Source of the DNA: Bacillus subtilis subsp. subtilis str. 168
Lineage (GTDB): Bacteria > Bacillota > Bacilli > Bacillales > Bacillaceae
NCBI RefSeq assembly: GCF_000009045.1
Contig: NC_000964.3
Location: forward strand, 2,700,001 to 2,732,000
Reading direction: 5' to 3'
Length of the DNA: 32,000 bases
A program made the position numbers and the translations under genes. Below are positions 28,980 to 32,000 of the stretch, in pieces (position 1 is the first letter of the stretch; each line of letters opens with the position of its first letter). The notes beneath the pieces are model-generated. The model ran no database searches, was not told where the DNA came from, and worked only from the letters and a program-made list of their open reading frames with translations.

Positions 28980-29740
28980 ACGGAAACCTCAGCTTTCTCC
29001 AATGGTTTTCTCAGAACAGTCAGTACCCCTAAAATGGCGAGCATAGCAGGAATAATAAATTGGTTTCCGCCAAAAAGGATAAGACTGGCTACTGAAAGTC
29101 CAAGTCCCGTGAGAGCACTGTAATGCTTTTTCTCTTTCATCCATTGTTCTATGAATATCACAATAAACAGAGCAGTCATCACAAAATCAAGCCCTTCGGT
29201 ATTAAACTTCACGTACGACCCAAAAATACCTCCTATCGCTGCCCCCGCGACCCAATATAAATGATTAAGCAGTGTCACAAAAAACATAAACCAGCCCTTA
29301 TCAACATTCGCCGGAACATTAGCGGTATAATTGATAGAAAATGATTCATCGCACATTCCGAAAATCAGATAAAGCTTTTTCTTTCCAGTCCCCCTGTACT
29401 TATCCAACATGGAAATTCCATAAAACAAATGCCGGGCATTGACCATTAACGTCAAAAAAAGAGCATTCATAGGGTTGAACGCACCAAGTAAAAAATTCGC
29501 TGCAACAAACTCCATTGAGCCCGCAAATATCATAAAACTCATGATGATTGGATAGATTGCGCTAAATCCCAAAGAATGCATAAAGATCCCATAAGCTATC
29601 CCCAAAAATAAAAACCCCGCAAAAATCGGAATGGTATATGGGAATGCAGAACGAAATGCAGCCCATATTTGACTTCTCTTATTCATATGAGTGTTTATAG
29701 CAGGAGAGCTTAAATGTAACGATTCTTTATTTTTATTCAA
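28976..29740 (-). CDS. azlC: AzlC, large subunit of branched-chain amino acid exporter
   Basis: [33 protein letters not shown]...[17 protein letters not shown] AzlC signatures. Confidence 0.95.
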
Positions 29741-29752
29741 ATCAACAACCTC

Positions 29753-30226
29753 CTACATTTCATCAATTGGCACACTGACAGTTCTTTTTTCTGTACTCAT
29801 GACTATGCTTGTGTCAACTCCACTAATAGCAGGGTTCTGCATTAATGAATCAATGATAAAATTCCGATAACTCTCCATGTCCTTCGCCACAATCTTAAGC
29901 ATATAGTCATGGCTTCCTGTAAGTGTGTAGCATTCTTGAACCTGTGGGAATTTGTTTATATCCTCTAAAAATGAATGAATTGTCTCCCTATTTAAGGGTG
30001 ATAAGTTGATGAGAGCTAGTGCTGTGACTTCGATTCCAAGTTTTTTCTCATCAACAATAGTCGTAAACTTTTTAATTATACCTGCTTCTACTAGGTTCTT
30101 TGTTCTTGCAAGGCAAGCTGATGGTGAAAGCCCAATTTTCTTAGATAAATTTAAATTTGATATTGAAGCATCTTCCTGCAAATCTCTTAAGATGGCCTTA
30201 TCAGTTTCGTCAAGCATAATACCCAT
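29753..30226 (-). CDS. azlB: Lrp/AsnC-family regulator AzlB
   Basis: LDETDKAILRDLQEDASISNLNLSKKIGLSPSACLARTKNLVEAGIIKKF HTH plus RAM domain; first gene of the azl operon. Confidence 0.95.
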   Translation of the reverse strand: MGIMLDETDKAILRDLQEDASISNLNLSKKIGLSPSACLARTKNLVEAGIIKKFTTIVDEKKLGIEVTALALINLSPLNRETIHSFLEDINKFPQVQECYTLTGSHDYMLKIVAKDMESYRNFIIDSLMQNPAISGVDTSIVMSTEKRTVSVPIDEM

Positions 30227-30559
30227 TTCACAACCCCCAATACAACTTAACAGAATTATATTTCATACAATTTAAATAATAACGAATTTTTATTCGTTAA
30301 TCAAATATTATTTAAATTTAAATCCTTTTAAAGTATTATTCACAGAATAAAATTATCCTCGCGATTAACTCATAATGAAATTAACTTACATCAGAAAGAA
30401 GTCATGGGAGAGTTATGTACTTGTGTGACTTGATACCAACATCATAAGAAACTTATCAGAAGCCAAAAAGTTATTGCGGTCTCACCGAAAATTGAATTTG
30501 CGGTGCCCTATTGCCTTTTTCCGCGAACGAAAATTGTTAAAATTCGCAAAACAGAAAGT

Positions 30560-30835
30560 CTACTCTATTATTATTTTAAATTCGTCCTTTAGTTCTTCTT
30601 GAGCCTCTTGTATAACTTCTAATACATCGTCAGCGTATGAACCTAAAAATGTATTGCTGAACTCAAAATTTTTCAAGACTAAAGTGAGCGGCAAATCCAC
30701 CCACCCTGTCAGGCAATCCCATAAAGCGTCTAAATTTCTCCCATAGTAGTCTGGGAAGTCTAGTTTATCTTTTAAATCATCATGTAAAACTTCTATATTT
30801 TCAAAGTCTCTTCCATCTATTATTATTTTTCTCAT
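30560..30835 (-). CDS. yrdF: Barstar-family (ribonuclease inhibitor-like) protein
   Basis: 91 aa: IIDGRDFENIEVLHDDLKDKLDFPDYYGRNLDALWDCLTGWVDLPLTLVLKN, classic barstar motif. Confidence 0.94.
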   Translation of the reverse strand: MRKIIIDGRDFENIEVLHDDLKDKLDFPDYYGRNLDALWDCLTGWVDLPLTLVLKNFEFSNTFLGSYADDVLEVIQEAQEELKDEFKIIIE

Positions 30836-30921
30836 TAGAAACTATGCCCTCCATTATTTTATCTTAACAAACGTTTACTATGTAACAGCTGTTTGTCCAA
30901 ATGAGGCTGAAAACAAATAAA

Positions 30922-30952
30922 AAACACCGATAGGATGAAACTATTGGTGTTT
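30922..30952. terminator. Hairpin between yrdF and cypA (probable terminator)
   Basis: AAACACCGATAG-gatgaaa-CTATTGGTGTTT with A-rich upstream flank. Confidence 0.6.
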
Positions 30953-31106
30953 GCAAGACATCTTCATACCCGGTAGGCATAAATAATGCTAAACTTTGTT
31001 TTTAAAAAGCTATCATATCAAATTTTTATGTTACAGCTTTTACTATCGTTTAATCTAATTGAGGAGTAAAACAAGATATGTTTGAAAATCACATATCCCC
31101 TAAAAA

Positions 31107-32000
31107 TTAAAAACTAATCGGCAGTTCTTCGAGTGCTCTCATCAGAAAATTCCCTTTCCATTTCATTTGTTTCTTTTCGCCTTTTAACTGTATATTTGGA
31201 CAGCGGCGTAATAAGGTGGAAATCGCAATCTTTGCTTCTAAGCGGGCTAGCTGTGCACCAAGACAAAAATGATTGCCATGGCCAAAAGCAATATGGCGGT
31301 TGTTCTTTCTTTCAATATCAAATATGTCGGCATTTGGAAATATCTTTTCATCACGGTTTGCTGATGCTAAAGAAATGATGATCACATCTTTCCGTTTAAT
31401 CTCCTGCCCATGCAGTATAAACGGTTCAGCCGTCCAGCGAATTGTCGTTAGCTCAACAGGGCTGTGAAACCGCAATGCTTCTTCTATGGCTGAATTCATC
31501 AAGTCCGGCTGCTGGCGGAGCTTTTCTAGTTGATCATGGTGACACATCAGAGCATATGTCATATTGGTGATTAAGTTTACGGTTGTTTCATGACCTGCAA
31601 CGATAAGCAGCATAATCATCGAGTACAATTCTTCTGTACTTAATTGTGTGCCTTCACTTTCCGCTTGAATTAATGCACTGATTAAATCTCCTGCAGGTTC
31701 TCTCCTTTTTTTGCGAACTAAGGATTCCAGATATTCAACAAACTCCCCTAACAAGTGGTCATTCTCCTGAAGTCTTTCAGGGGCATCTGAAAAATCAATA
31801 ATTGCTTGCGACCATACTCTGAATTTTTGACGATCTTCCAAGGGAATGCCGAGCATTTCACTTATCACGATAATCGGCAATGGAAACGCATAATCGTCTA
31901 CTAGGTTCATGAATTTGTTGGGCTGCACTTTATCCAATAAAGAATCTGCGATATGCTGGATTTTGTCTTCCAACTGCAAAATCATCCGATGCGTAAATGC
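31107..32000 (-). CDS. cypA: Cytochrome P450 (CYP107-like), C-terminal portion; 5' end lies beyond the window
   Basis: I-helix LIVAGHETTVNLI, ExxR EEALR, heme loop HIAFGHGNHFCLGAQLARLEA. No stop between 31985 and the window edge. Confidence 0.93.
   Translation of the reverse strand, partial: AFTHRMILQLEDKIQHIADSLLDKVQPNKFMNLVDDYAFPLPIIVISEMLGIPLEDRQKFRVWSQAIIDFSDAPERLQENDHLLGEFVEYLESLVRKKRREPAGDLISALIQAESEGTQLSTEELYSMIMLLIVAGHETTVNLITNMTYALMCHHDQLEKLRQQPDLMNSAIEEALRFHSPVELTTIRWTAEPFILHGQEIKRKDVIIISLASANRDEKIFPNADIFDIERKNNRHIAFGHGNHFCLGAQLARLEAKIAISTLLRRCPNIQLKGEKKQMKWKGNFLMRALEELPISF

Noticed and set aside
30380-30560. Possible degenerate insertion or repeat sequence upstream (right-hand side of azlB) with GCGAACGAAAATT...AAATTCGC pairing
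   Set aside because: Pairing is imperfect and short, no transposase fragment or terminal repeats could be identified.
1-32000. CRISPR array, tRNA/rRNA, T-box or known riboswitch
   Set aside because: No regularly spaced repeats, no tRNA-like cloverleaf or rRNA sequence noticed, and no T-box (TGGNACCGCG) or typical riboswitch core found by eye.
1-32000. A novel defence, toxin-antitoxin or biosynthetic system
   Set aside because: All larger genes are explained by known B. subtilis-type families in a familiar order. The ImmA-like and barstar-like genes are isolated members rather than parts of an evident new system.

Overview
The window reads as a conserved chromosomal stretch of a Bacillus subtilis-group genome. 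This is inferred from recognised protein families and gene order; no database search was run. It starts at the edge of the skin (sigK-intervening) element with a yqaC-like kinase (-) and a yqaB-like ImmA/IrrE peptidase (+). Next comes the orphan 3' half of sigK (spoIIIC). The yrk region follows: PsiE-like yrkR, the two-component pair yrkQ/yrkP, DUF418 yrkO, GNAT yrkN, yrkL and yrkK. A reactive-sulfur cluster comes next (TauE yrkJ, TusA yrkI, rhodanese-MBL yrkH, a decayed DsrE gene, TusA-rhodanese yrkF, DsrE2 yrkE, CsoR/CstR yrkD, and a membrane-anchored degenerate rhodanese), then cupin yrkC. After that are bltR/blt/bltD, yrkA, yrzO, yrdR/yrdQ, czcO/czcD, yrdN/gltR, brnQ/azlD/azlC/azlB, a barstar-like gene and the C-terminal part of cypA at the right edge. 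I did not find a convincing entirely new defence or mobile system. The most useful non-obvious observations are: (1) a family of CsoR/CstR-like 16-bp operators in the sulfur cluster; (2) a decayed DsrE gene between yrkF and yrkH missing from the ORF track; (3) a rhodanese ORF whose membrane anchor lies upstream of any canonical start codon; (4) two related short elements (small ORF + hairpin + conserved tail) about 5.6 kb apart; (5) a relic at 26.9-27.16 kb whose halves face opposite ways, possibly a micro-inversion; (6) a 19-bp-spacer MerR-type promoter at blt; and (7) a zinc-repressor-like palindrome upstream of czcD.
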